A DNA stretch of 64,000 nt, taken from positions 33,170,001 through 33,234,000 of the forward strand of contig NC_135763.1 of the NCBI RefSeq assembly GCF_052425735.1, read 5' to 3'. This document shows, one piece after another, positions 1-12,900 of this stretch. The notes under the pieces were generated by a model. It saw only the letters and a program-made list of their open reading frames with translations. It was not told the DNA's origin and searched no databases. Each line of letters begins with the position of its first letter. The stretch's first letter is position 1. The stretch comes from Oculina patagonica (Eukaryota). The position numbers and the translations under genes were made by a program.

Positions 1-1862
1 TTGATGAGTTTTCTTAGGATTGAAGAGCAGAAATGTCAATCTAAAGCGCAAAACATACATTGCTTTTTTATTTTTTTGACCCGAAGATTGACCTGAGTCA
101 AGAGGCACTACATATAGCTTCATATATCCTGCTGTGAATTCCACGCTACAATGGACACAACTTTTATAGACGACAACAACAGCCTTTTCAGTGCATGAAT
201 GAAGCTCTTAAGAGGAATACACGTAGATGTGACGCATTTTTTTCTTTAAATTAGCTGTACGCTTTTCAATTTTGGATATATTTGAGCTGCAGCCAGCAGT
301 TATCAAGAAAAATACAGACAAGTTTTAAGTTCTTAAAATAACATTCTAACCTTTGCCGACAAGATTGTACTGAAAATCAATGAAATTAATTGTAACTCAA
401 GCAGAAAACACGTAGAAGAAGAATGAAATACACCAGGTTATTACAAACACATAATACAATGTACTAACCGAAAGAGAGAAATTATATTGATGAGTTTTAG
501 AACGGATCTGAAAAGCAGAAGTGTCTAATAATCAACAAGATGTCATTAGATGGACCTGCCTGTAAATTTTTCGTTGTCGTTGTTGTGCATATAACGCTAG
601 TATACCGCAACTTAAATTGAGCGAGAAAAGCAGTTTTTAACATGAAGCTCTAAAATCTCTTTGGAGTGTCTTGTCTTGTGGTCTCTTGTAAAGTTTTAAT
701 TTGTGCAATTGTGAGATGTATCAGAATAACAGCTTCACGTTGCCAATTTAAAGAATAGCGTGCTTTCATTTGATATCTATTATTTTATCTTGAGAGTTTT
801 GGAAAGTAGTTGAAAATCATTTCTGTTTACCAAGCGTAGGAAAATGGTGGATGTTTCAACAGGATATTTACTGTAACAACTGTATTTATAGAGATTACAG
901 TCGTGGAATATAGCAGATATGGTAAAAATGTTGCTGAAAGAGAGGACGATGTAAATATCAGTTGTTCGATCGGTAAGCATTGTTCTTATCTTTGTGTAGA
1001 CAACTTTTTTTAAATTTAGCCGCGGCAACAGATTGTATCGGGGTTAAAGAGGGATTGTAATCTAAGCAATTAGTTGGTCGGGATTGAATGTCAAAGTTAA
1101 TCTTGCACACATAACACATGTCGTTTGAACAAAAGGTTTGAATCGTTTGAATCGTTAGTCGATTGAATACCCAACCATTTTAAAGTTATGACCAGTTATG
1201 GTACAGCATAGTAAGCTCTGTGTAGAAGTTAAAGTCTCTCTTTAAAAGTGAGATTTGTGCGAGTTAAACACTACTACATAGTTTATTGCGTACGTTCGCG
1301 CGGAATCACATGTCAAGCAAGATCGAATGTTTTCTATTAAGCAGAACCTAGCAGAATATTTCATTCAGTAGATTTAAATAACGAAGAAAATGACTGTAAT
1401 TTACACGTTCATCAGCCCCTGCGTTGTAGCTTTGGCGTTACAAAAACATGAAGACCGGCTCAAGAGTGACCAAAACCAAATTTCTTCTCACCGATCAATA
1501 CTAAATCAGGAGAAGAGGTTATAAGAATTAACAAAATCATCACCACTCGCATGTCATTATCACTTAACAGGCTATTAAAGCGTTCACGAATAAACACCCA
1601 AAGCGATATCTCATATAGCGTGAAGAAAGCACATGGAAGTCATAGTATAAGTATACAGTAGAATGTATGCTTAGTGAACCAAAGTGCAATACAGTGCAAT
1701 GTCTGTCATCTTTTTCTGCTGTTATTGGAGTTATATAACTGATCAACTTTACAAGCAATAAATAGACGTGAAAAGCGATCTCTTTTTTAAATAAACTCTA
1801 AAAAGTGACACGAGACACTAAGCCCAGAGGGCTTTTGATTAAAGCTTGCTAGGGTTAATGGC

Positions 1863-2150
1863 CTACCCGGGTGGCCTACGTACTTTCGATGTCAGTCCAT
1901 TCCAAAGAGCAGCCCTAGAATAACCAAAACTGCGCTTAAAATAGTTAGTTCTTGGTTTAGGTACTTTCAGAATGTTCTCAGAGTTACGGATACTGTAGAG
2001 AAACTCACCAGTGGAGAACAGATTTTGCATGTATGCGGGCGTTAGTTTGTTTAGTGTTTTGATCATGATAACTGCCTTTTGTTTTGTTCGGCTAACTGAG
2101 ACCCTGACCCATCCAAGCATCTCAAGGAGAGGGCTTATATCGTAGGAGTG
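1863..2150 (-). mobile_element. Degenerate 3' fragment of a CR1/L2-group LINE ORF2
   Basis: Minus-strand translation LGW...KAVIMIKTLNKLTPAYMQNLFS...YSIRNSENILKVPKPRTNYFKRSFGYSRAALWNGL matches the typical C-terminus downstream of the RT domain in CR1/L2-group LINEs. No RT core is present. Confidence 0.75.
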
Positions 2151-2872
2151 CTTTTCAACTATATTTACTTCTTAGCTCGACGGCAAATAAATAAACGCCT
2201 GGACCTCATTTAAAAGTTAGAATTTTTGACCCGGCGTTTATACGAGGACGGCGTTTAATCGGGGTCCGGCGTTTAATTGAGAAAATACTGCATGTTATAT
2301 GCTTATAAAATTCAGTTTAATCACAAGAACTTTCGTCAACATTATCTCTGTGTTGCTTTCTTAATAACGATCGTCTAGCAACGATCGTCTTTCCTTTTTT
2401 AAGTCCAGTATCGAAGGTATTTTTACTAACTTTGTTTTTCGCTTTTCGTATTTTGACTTACATTTCAGTATATTGGATCTAAAATTTATTACAGACATAA
2501 GCCCATAATTCACTTTAAGTACTTTAGTCGCCGGAAAGGCGGCTGATATTGAAAGTACTTAAATGGTAAAAAAAGAAACTGAAATTATAAAAAAATAACA
2601 TTAGTTACTTGTATGTAACGTGTGTGGTCGACAAAAAAACAAACACGTTTTTTAATGATGAAATATGTCCGGACGTTGGCGTCAAACCTGAATTAGGTGG
2701 CTGGGTTATATCAACTTCCTTTTGAGATAAAAAATGAGGCAATGCCGAATTCGTTTTCTTTTCTTTTTCTCTGTTTTACTTTCAAACGAATTGGGCGCCC
2801 AAAGAGAGTTGGGAAACAAAACATTTCTTGTGATTACCCGGTACCCATTGAAGCAATTTTTCTCGTCTCCAG

Positions 2873-5800
2873 GCTTCCTCGTATTGGTGTGAAATGCTGT
2901 TTCGGTTCAACATGAAATCATCGCTTACGTACTGCGTCCGTATCGTTTAAAAGGTAACTAATTTATTATTATTTTTTAACAGTTTCAATAAAGAGGTAAG
3001 TATATTATCTATCTTTACTTGACCTCTTTTGAAGTTAGATCATTCATATGCTGAAATTTTGAAACAATTGTGAAATGACACGTTAAAGTAAAAACACACG
3101 CGCATAATCATTCAAGCCCTTGGCCTAGCTTCTAGGCAACTTTTTCTCGTTGTTGAATTTTTTTTTTTTTTTGCAACGTCTAAAGATAGAAAATATTTCA
3201 TCATTAGCAAGTTAGAAATCATATATTCAAGTAACAATAAGAGTAATGCATGTTAAGAATGTTTAGCATGGTCTTAGCAAATATTCAGTCAAATTTCCTC
3301 GCGGAAGTTGTCGAAGGTTGTTGTACTAGTGTACTAGTAAATAAAATTTTCCAATAGGTTTATCATGTAAAGATGTGTAAGGTCAGAATAACCCCCTACA
3401 CCATGGCCGATTTTTTTTCGCCCGTATAGACTTTCCCCCGGCCCCACTAACTGCCCCTGGGTCCCCGAGGATGTACATTATTTTGAAATCCAACGTATTA
3501 AATTTATTCTAACTTCATCTGAAACTGAACTAGCCTAGTTTGATATTCCGCTTTCGAACTGGTGGTTTATTGTGTAAATAAATTTAATTTTCAACTCTGA
3601 AGATGCAGAGAAGAGTGTCACTGTAGTTCTATCACCTACCCAGGCGTAGCTTTTTTTAATAAATAGGCTAGATCAAGTTTTCCTGGCAATATCAATGAAG
3701 CATTTGCTTGGATCATTGTTGAGGCCGAAAAGGGCTATTAAAATAAATGACTGACTGATTACATTTTCTGGAGACCAGAATAGCTATTTGGATTGGCTTA
3801 AAAAAAATGCTTACCCACTATAACATTTAACTGTGACGATATTTCTACAGAGTTGTGCTTGTTGCGAGAAAATATCATGACTGGAGGATATGACGTTCAT
3901 TATACATTAAGTGTATACACTGCGAGTCGCGGCAGAATTTTAAGATGGGAAAATAATTATATCATAAAAACTAAATTGTCTTATGGTTTTTACTCGTTGT
4001 AATTTTTTTCTAAATATATTCTCTTATCCGCTTATTTATAAAATCACCTTAGTATTTAACAGTCTATAAACCACAATTTCCTGCACATGTGGTTATCAAA
4101 ATTAGTTGCGATATGTTATGCTTTGCAGTGGTCCAGCATTTATGCTCTTACCGGTGACAATAAAAATACACCAACATAAACGTCCCGCCCCTACAAATCA
4201 ACCAATGAATGGCCTTCTCTTTACAGACAACCAACTTCGACATCATTGACCCATCATTGAGCGATCCTAGATAAGAGGCTGAACTGTTCAGCCTGTCAGA
4301 CACAAATTCCAAAAGGACGATTTCATTGGTTGGGAACTGAAATCAACTGGCTTTTGGTGTGGCGTGATCCAAACTTGTCTCGGTAAAACCGATTATCTAG
4401 ATTCTCTTTTTTTGAAATTCTCCATTTTGTTGTTAGGGTGCAAACAATAGAAAACAAGGCTTAGAAAAAGTGAAGGATACATGTAGCTACCATGCATTAT
4501 GATAATCGCGCGTCCAATACGTGCCTAATTTAGCGTGAAGTAAAGGTATCAAGGCATGTGGCCATGGATTATTGCGCTTGTCATCATAACAAATGTACTT
4601 GCAGTTATTCTTTCACGAGACACTGGCCTAGACATCACGCGACGTAAAGCACATACACGGCCTCCCTCCCGACCCCTGCAAAAAACCCTTCCCCGTTGCA
4701 AAGACATCATGTGATTTGTAATTTTATTACATACTCGATGTGGGGCATCTATATCTCGCTCTGGAATGTAGCCGGAATTCAACAACAGAAAACCTGTTTA
4801 TAAACCAGGTAAGTCTAGAAGTGTCACTAAGTGACACATATTACGGCGAATAGTAGGTGTAGGAACTGTACGAAGAACATATACTGTCTGCATAACAGGA
4901 AATAGCCCCCAGCTATACAAAACTGCTTTGCATGGCATTCTACTGAGCATCAGCTATCATTAATATTTTAAATATTCAGATGTCAATATCTTTGTGTCCC
5001 CAGCCAAGTCTTTGAAACAGTGGTGCAATTCTGTATCAACAAAATTTGCTTGGTTTATACGAATTTGTGTGGACTTAACATACTCGGTCCCCGCAAAGGA
5101 TAGTGCGCTGTGCCTACTTTGCCTAGACTCATTCCTTTGTCGTTGCGTAACAACTGATTGTACAGTCCATTGGCTTGTGCTACTGATCGAAGTCACAGGA
5201 CAATTTGTATATTTCCGCAGCGGATCTAGACCAGTTTCTACCGTTTCGCAGCGTTTCATCGAAATCGGTCGTCATTTTGTCGGGGTTTTTATCCGAGTGA
5301 CTCAAATTTCCCGGACTGGCGGTTTCCCCGGACTCTCTACAGGCTTGTGTCTTCGGCGATCGAAATGACCGAAATGACCCGAAATGTTCAATTGTGGGAA
5401 AACTGTCACCATTTTTCCTGGATCCGCGCCTATTTTATACCAAATTGCACAGGATCGGAAATACGAGGAGTATATATTTTAAAACCTCCTCCAAAACAGA
5501 GCTTCTCTTATTGTCTTTATACAATCACCAGATTTAGCTAGAAGACATTAATGACCTTACCGCCCACTCAGATCAATATGAAATCCTATTCAGTCATGTT
5601 GGAACCCTGCCATGCTGAAATAACATCGCGCATTGCATGACAATGAGCCAGGTTCAGTTGTACGTATATGTTTTCGTTCGCGTACTGAATTCAGAGACAT
5701 AACGCACCCTTGTCTGTGCTAAAAGGAATGCTGCTGGAGATGTGGATTTAATTTTCTATGCTTTCGATGCATCAACCCGCTAAACGGTCAGATTTCCCAA

Positions 5801-6245
5801 GAAGAACCAGCTCAACCGGTAGTATAGAAAGTGAAAGTGGAATACGATACATCTCTTCAGAACTTATTCCGAGAATCTCGACCTACAGACCGACATCACG
5901 TACCCTGCTCGACCGTTACATGTTCCTTGGCAGGGAATACAATTCGATCCCTTTTCTTTGTAAAACTTTTTTTAAGCATCAAGCTAGGATGAAAAATGTG
6001 ATGATAGTTGTTATGTTTATAATATTAAAGTAATAATAGCTATCATTCTATTTTGACAGGTACACGTACTTCTAAAAATAACAACAAGCTGATTGGTTAA
6101 TTAATAACAGTCACTTGAAATCACAAAATTTGAATTTGTGGCGCGCTTGCTACGGTTATAATCTTTCAAATCTGTCAAATTTCATATTAAAACGTCGTTT
6201 GGTGCCTTCAGGCTACATCACATTCAACCAGAAACAGGCTCGGAG
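2873..6245 (+). other. Candidate non-coding 5' UTR exons of gene A (2873-2953; exon ending 4808; exon ending 6245)
   Basis: Short islands conserved with unit B that end in donors (AAG/gtaac 2954, CAG/gtaagt 4809, GAG/gtaagt 6246); the first also has a pyrimidine-tract CAG acceptor. No transcript evidence. Confidence 0.45.
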
Positions 6246-7189
6246 GTAAGTATAGATTGGACAGACGGGAGTCATTAGAGCCCCTGACGGTACACTTAGT
6301 CAGCCGTTACGTTATCTAAGCTCCAGATATGAGTAGCTTCTAGACATGGCGTTCTTGATCCGCCATGCTTGCCATGCCACACAACGCACTGTTTATCAGT
6401 TACCGAGAAATGCTGTTATTATTCAAACAATTTAAGCCTTCAATATATGCCGGTTGAATTGTTTTGCAAAATTACTGGGCTGTAGCCTCCCACGCCGACA
6501 GCCTGCGAAAACAGACGGATTTCCGCTTGGGTTGTTTTGTTTGGCAAGTCACGCAAGAGTGGAAAAATTGTTGTACTTTTGGGTCGGTCGGGTATGAGTA
6601 TTTCGCGCAAGAGACATTAGTACTAGCATTAGGCCATAACCGCGAGAGAACAAACCAATGGGTGTACGCTTTAGATCCTTTTTCGTTTTCCTATTTCAGC
6701 CATTTCCTATTTTATGTTATCCTTCTACACAGACCCTACAAGACGGTGTTTTTTACTTGTGACGAAATCGTTCCTCTCCACCGAACGTGGCATGATCCCA
6801 GATCTCTTGTATACCTGGATCAGAAAATTATAAATGCAAAATAAAGACGACAGAATGATCCTAACAGCGAAAGTTGCAGATTTACTGACTTTGTCATCCT
6901 CAGTGTTGTTGTTATTTTAATTAAGTTATTCTTGCAATCAAAGGGGACAAATTAGGTTAATAATCAGTTAAAGATAAATAACTTAATATACTGTCATTCG
7001 CACTGAATGGATGCTATTTTATTCATTTTATTCCGCATCGCAAGTTGTTGTTCGCACAACCTGTTTCTTGTTGTAGTTTAACCATAGGAAACGTTATGGC
7101 CACTGTCACAAGCATCAATACGTAGCGCAATCCTTTTATGGATTAGTAGCCCACCTGCTTTGTTAAACTGCCCGATTCGCTGTTGTTAA

Positions 7190-9200
7190 AGTGCCTATGA
7201 AGTAAAAAATAACTTTGCTCAATTTGCTTGTTTATGTCTTAGTTAGCACGAATATGCGTGTTTAAGATATCAAAAGCGCTTTTTTCTAGCATTTTTTGAG
7301 CCTTGAAGTTTGGATTTCGCAATTTGAAGTGGGTCCTTTTCGCGCGCGGCCAAACGCTCCGGTTTCACCGGAAATGACGTACTTAGTGGTTCTAAAGACA
7401 CCAGGATTATGGCGTAAAGAGAGCAAAGAGGGCTGGCGAAAGCTATATTTCGGCTTTTGAGTCAAACAAAGGCAATTGCGCAAACGAAACTGCAACAAAT
7501 ACACTTATTTCCTTTGGTGAAGCTTCGCAGAGTAAATGGAAGCGAAATTTCTATGTGTATAGTAAAGCTATTCGTTCTGATGAAAACGCAAGAAGAAACG
7601 AATTCTGTTCCGTCGGCAGTTCAAGGATCGCTGTTCTCAGCACAAGCTCTTCCTTGCCACAAATGAAACGATTAAGTCATGAAGCGAAGAGGAGATTTAT
7701 CAAAAGAGTCGGTATCTCTGTAAAGGATATGGTGGTCTCTCTATATCATTCTGCCCTGACTAGCCGAAGAAAGATTTAGCAGTCGCGCCAGTTTACAATA
7801 TGATACACAGCTGGGTACAGTATACGTGTTATTCTTGTTCCTCAAAATTTAATTTGTATGGTTAGTAGATCGTTTTATCATTCGTAAGGAAGCAGTCGTT
7901 TCCTTTCCCAAACACTCGAAACGATCGATCGCCAGACGCAAACGAATGCATCTGTGAAAGAAGCAAAAATATGGAATGTAAATTCGACTTGAGTGAGTTA
8001 GAAATGCTTGTGTTTCAAGTAGCGCGCTTCGAATGTTGTCACTCACGTCTGCAGTTCCGGTAGTATTCTATGGCGAATGCACTTTTAAACAATACACTGA
8101 GATCTCGCAAAATCTTGGACAAATTTTACGGCTGCCTTCGCCGGAATTATTTGCTGATAAACACGCACTGCAATCAGGATTTATCGTATCCGGATAAAGA
8201 AGTCGACGGTTGTATACCGTAGAGCTAACGAACCATAAAGAGCAAAAACTGCAGTTCTGTCTATTCTTGAAGAGGAAATTTTGGTATCGTTCATTGAAGT
8301 CAAAAAGTGCTAATCTTGAGTTTGAAGAAGTGTTATCTTGCCGTGTTGTCAAGTTTAATTATGTCACTCTCACGCTTCGGAGAAATTATAATGTCAGTCC
8401 ACTGTACTTTCCCACACAAGAACACAATCAAAATGAAAGTGATCGAGCAACTGATCGCTTCTTGTATTAAAATCACCAAATCGTTATATAATACCGAATA
8501 ACCACCGGGATAGGCGTACCGTAACCTGAATTTACACATTCGACAAGCAAGCAACCTCGGCGCGGCAAGCAGCGTTCGTGTCAATTCCGAAGCACATTGC
8601 GACACTGCGAAACCACTCACAAAATCAAAGCCCGTCGATGTATGTGCTTTTAGAAACAATAAAAATTCTAGTTATTCATTTTTTATAGGGAATTTCTCAT
8701 TTGAATCTGCTTCGCCGAAGTTCGATCGTGCTTCGCCTTGTCGACCAGTGCTTGTGTGAAAGAGCGCTTGATCGGCTTGCGGCGGTTGGACAGGTCCAAC
8801 TAGCTACTTCAGTCCATTTAGTGTCACGATATTTCGTTGTGCGATTCATTTCTGCTAGAAACCCGCTCTTGCCAAGTCCACAGATGGCAACATATCGTTC
8901 TTGTCGGACAAGATTTCGATTTATCAACGAAAAAGCAGCAACAATCTCAGCTGAAGTAGTGAACTTCACTGTGTATCAACAAAATCTAAGTGTAAACTGA
9001 TCCGTGGAACCACTAACTACGTCATTCGAGCCAAATTCGTGTCCAGGCTCCAGACCCACTGTTTTGTCTTGCCGAGGGCACTTTAGGCGGCAAAAAGTCC
9101 GATTTCTCTCTCTTGTACATTATTCTTTTTTTAACTTTTCGGAAAGTAGACATAAAGAGCTACCAAAAAAGGCAAAAAAGTTTTTTACTTCATAGGCACT
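7190..9200. mobile_element. Non-autonomous TIR transposon with TTAA target duplication (Kolobok-type termini AG...CT)
   Basis: 20-bp TIR agtgcctatgaagtaaaaaa / ttttttacttcataggcact, with TTAA at 7186-7189 and 9201-9204. No intact transposase ORF. Confidence 0.8.
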
Positions 9201-9991
9201 TTAAGAAACTAATCAGGGGCTCCAAGTATTTGTGAATCTGCAAAGATAGCCAACAGATGGTAGTATGTTTCACTTCTGCTCACTCCAAAAGATTTAACCT
9301 GTGCGTATAACCATATCCTTTCAATTCTAAAGGGTACTTCCCAAAAATACCTACACAGTACTCCCATTCTAGATTGGAGTATCCGATATTGGAGACATAT
9401 TCGATAAGCAGGGGAACGAAAAACTGTCACAAGCCATACTGGACTTGGACCAGACTCCACTAGTCTAAGGGCGTGGTCGCATATAAGAAGGCATTCCTCA
9501 GAAAATTAGTTTGTTCCCGTTTGAAATTTGATGTCTCCTTCGACGCTGAAATGAGTGTACATTGGAAGACAAACGTGTTGCTCATCTTGAATACCCTGGG
9601 CACATTTCTCGGATCACATCTTCATTACTACCATGGCCATCTATTCTCGAAACAATGTTGGATTTACCGTCTGCAAGACTTGCTTTGTTTCTGTACATCA
9701 TTGAAAAGTGGGAGGGGGTGGTTCACAAACTAAACGCGATTGGATTTGAATAATGGAAATATTGAAGTTGGCACTCATTTTAACCAAATGGATGTCATTT
9801 CCCATTTTATCTTCGTCTATTTTAATCACTATTTTTTATGCTGACCTTTGCTCAAACTCATCCAATAAATCATTAATATTGTGGGAACTGGAATCGCTTC
9901 AGTACCTGAATAAGCGAGTATAATACAATAACAAGTTACTTTCTCTGTTTTTAGAAGCAGCTGCAGCTAATTAAGTCAAAAGCAGAAAAAT

Positions 9992-12900
9992 ATGGACGGA
10001 GTAGAGAAGATTAGTTGTTCCAAAGAATTCATCGATGTACTGACTTCCCAAGAACAAAGGCTTGACGAAGATTGCCATTGCGGTGATGAGCTGTCGTCTG
10101 CAAGGCGGCTCACCGTCGAACACTTTGAAAAAGCACTAAATATCCTACTTTTCAAGGTGGAAAGAGCGCAAAGCGCTTTACATACTGCGTATCTACATCT
10201 TCAAAAGTTAACACCTGAAAGCTTTTCTAACCCAACTGACCACGAGAAGCAGCAACTGGAACGTGGGAAAGAGATGTCTTTAAATTGCATAGCTGCACCT
10301 CCTTTGTGTGGTGTCATTTTGTTAAACCAGGTGGACACTAATCAGGATAACCATTTTTACGTTAACTTTTTAAATGTTTTCGGTGCTCTTGCATTTAAAC
10401 TACATGAACATCACATAGCTATTGAAGTATTTAAGCTGGCTTTTGATGGTATTGACACTGAAACTCCTTCTCACTGTGAAATCAAAGAAGATGTCAATTT
10501 TCCCATTATCGTAGCAAAAGCTAACATGGGCTGTGTTTATCTGGTTCTGAGAAAACTGGAAAAGGCAAAAGAGTCTCTAGAATGCGCACTCAAGAGCTTG
10601 GAAAGATTCAAAGAGAAAAAGGGCACAGTGGCTGTAGAAATAAATATTTTTGCTGCACAAAACAACTTAAGCTTAGTACTTCAAGTTCAACAAAACTACC
10701 CAGCTGCAATGAAGCTTCAAAACGGTCTCGTCTCTAGAACCAAAGACCTTAGTTTACCGTATCATATGGTTCTTGCCTTAAACTACAATCGACTTGATTT
10801 GTTGTTAGAGCTCAAAGACCCTGGTAAAGCATTAACAGAGCTGGAAGAGTTAAAGTCTCTCTCCACGGAAGAGAAAAATGAAATACCTGAAGAATATATT
10901 TTGTCCAAAATTTGTTTGGGTTTTCTGACGAATGGGGAATTTGATCGTGCGGAAGAAATCGCTGAAAAGTTATCTCTTTCTTCTGCCTTTTCGTCTTCTT
11001 TTCCTTCAACACAGTCACCATGGTCAGCATCGTCATCATCCTTATTGTCCTCATTGTCATCATTGTCAGCTTCATCAAGATCATCATCATCGTCGTCCTC
11101 CTCCTCCTCCTCATCGACGACGTCTTCTTCTCCTTCTTCGGAGTTTGAAGAGTTTCTTACGCCTAATGAGAAGTTGCCTTGGGATTTCTTAGTTGGAACA
11201 ATTCTTAATTTAATCGATTTCCACCTTTTTCAAGAAAACCTAGAATCTGTGTCCATGTTACTGGATGGTCTTTTGCCGGGTTGTAAAGAAACGTTTGGAA
11301 TAATTATAAGTCATCCGACATCTGCGTCAATTCGTTTTAGACAGGGTGTCAAATTGTCTCTCATGGGACAGCACGTGCCATCAAAGCACTGTTTCGAAGA
11401 AGCATTAAGTATATTTGCAAAGATCGGCTTTGCTTCATCTCACCCGGAAGTGGCAAGATGTAACGAGGCTTTAGCACGGTTATTATTGCGTGAAGGTTTT
11501 CAAGAGACGATTTTCTTGAACAGTCAATCAGTTAAAGGAGCGCAAACTGATCGGGGTGAGCCCTGTAACGAAACAACGGTTTTCGAATTTCCAGACAGTA
11601 ATACGAGCTCGTCTTTGTTTGGAAAGTTTTCGAAACATATTATTAAAAGTGAGGAAAAGCTGGGAGAAATTTCAGAATTTGGCATGACGAAAAAATTGCT
11701 GAAATTGCAAGGACCGTCAATTGGGCAGATCAAAGTGTGGCCTCGTGATAGGTGTATAAAGATCAGTACCCAACCTACCCACCCAAAGCAAAGCTCTAAC
11801 ATCAAAAAGGTCTTGGATGAGGAGATGAAAATGTGTGCGTCTGCTCTTGGAGTTCCCATCATATCTTTCACTGAAAAGCCCTTGTACCCTTCTCGACCAA
11901 GCATTCCTGGTGTGCCGTTACTGAATCCAATGCAAAGCAGTGCGAAAGCAAAAATTGGGACAGGCCACGGCGATCAAAATTCCCTTGACGATGAAGATAC
12001 TGAATTGAGTGTAAGTCCCGCTATTTCTTATATTCTTCTTATTTCAAGAAGAAGAGAAAAGATCCGCAAGACTCATTAAGGCTGTTAAGGTGGCAAAGGT
12101 AGCTGTCGAGTTGTGCATAGGGAATGGCAATAAAGATAACAAGTCTTAAGAAGGCTAAATAAAATTACTTCTTGACTGTTTGTTAGTAATAAGTCGAACA
12201 ATCGATTAGAGTTACCAAGAAGATCATACAGATACGCTGTTCACAAGTTAGCATTCAAAGCGATTTTGAATACAGAATTCGAACGAAAGAGATGGCATCA
12301 TTTCATCTTTCTAACTGATTGGTCTGAACGAGCCAGCGGGACAACGTACATTAAGGGTTTTGTTAAAATGGAGTATTGTAACTTCCCTTGAATTTCCATC
12401 AGTATTTAAATCTGGTAACATGTAAATTAGTTAGTAATACCTACCTAGAATTGAAGACGACGAATCAATTTATAGCGAGAAATTTATTTTTTCAACTCAT
12501 GTCTCCTATAATAACGGTTAATTTCCATCATTAATTAATTCTGCTTGTTCTTTTCCAAAGGAAAAAGAAAACAAGGACAAAGAAGATTCTGCTCCTTTAC
12601 CGATCAAAGTTTTTTCTCAGTATCAGGATGATGTCACTCAAACCACTGATGATAGCGAAGGAAAAACCAAGTCCAAAGCTAAAGGTAGAGCTGAATCTGG
12701 CCAGAGTGGAAATGGAAGTCGGTGCCAACTTGTCAGTCCTGAAACCTTGAATACAAATGAGACACAACTACGTGTAGAAGTATCAAATCGTGTTCAAAAA
12801 CTAATCGGATCTCAAGAAGAAGTTCCTTTTCTCAAAAAGTGCTCAAAAGACGACTGGCAAGAACACTTGGCACATGATGTCACAGATGGCGTTGTCAACT

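Noticed and set aside
7286-9195. Cluster of short ORFs as a transposase or operon
   Set aside because: All 110 aa or shorter, with no DDE, THAP or other recognisable motif; they lie inside a non-autonomous element.
10812-11192. Overlapping Met/Arg-rich and His-rich ORFs (also 36814-37170)
   Set aside because: Alternative-frame by-products of the TCA/TCG/TCC Ser tract.
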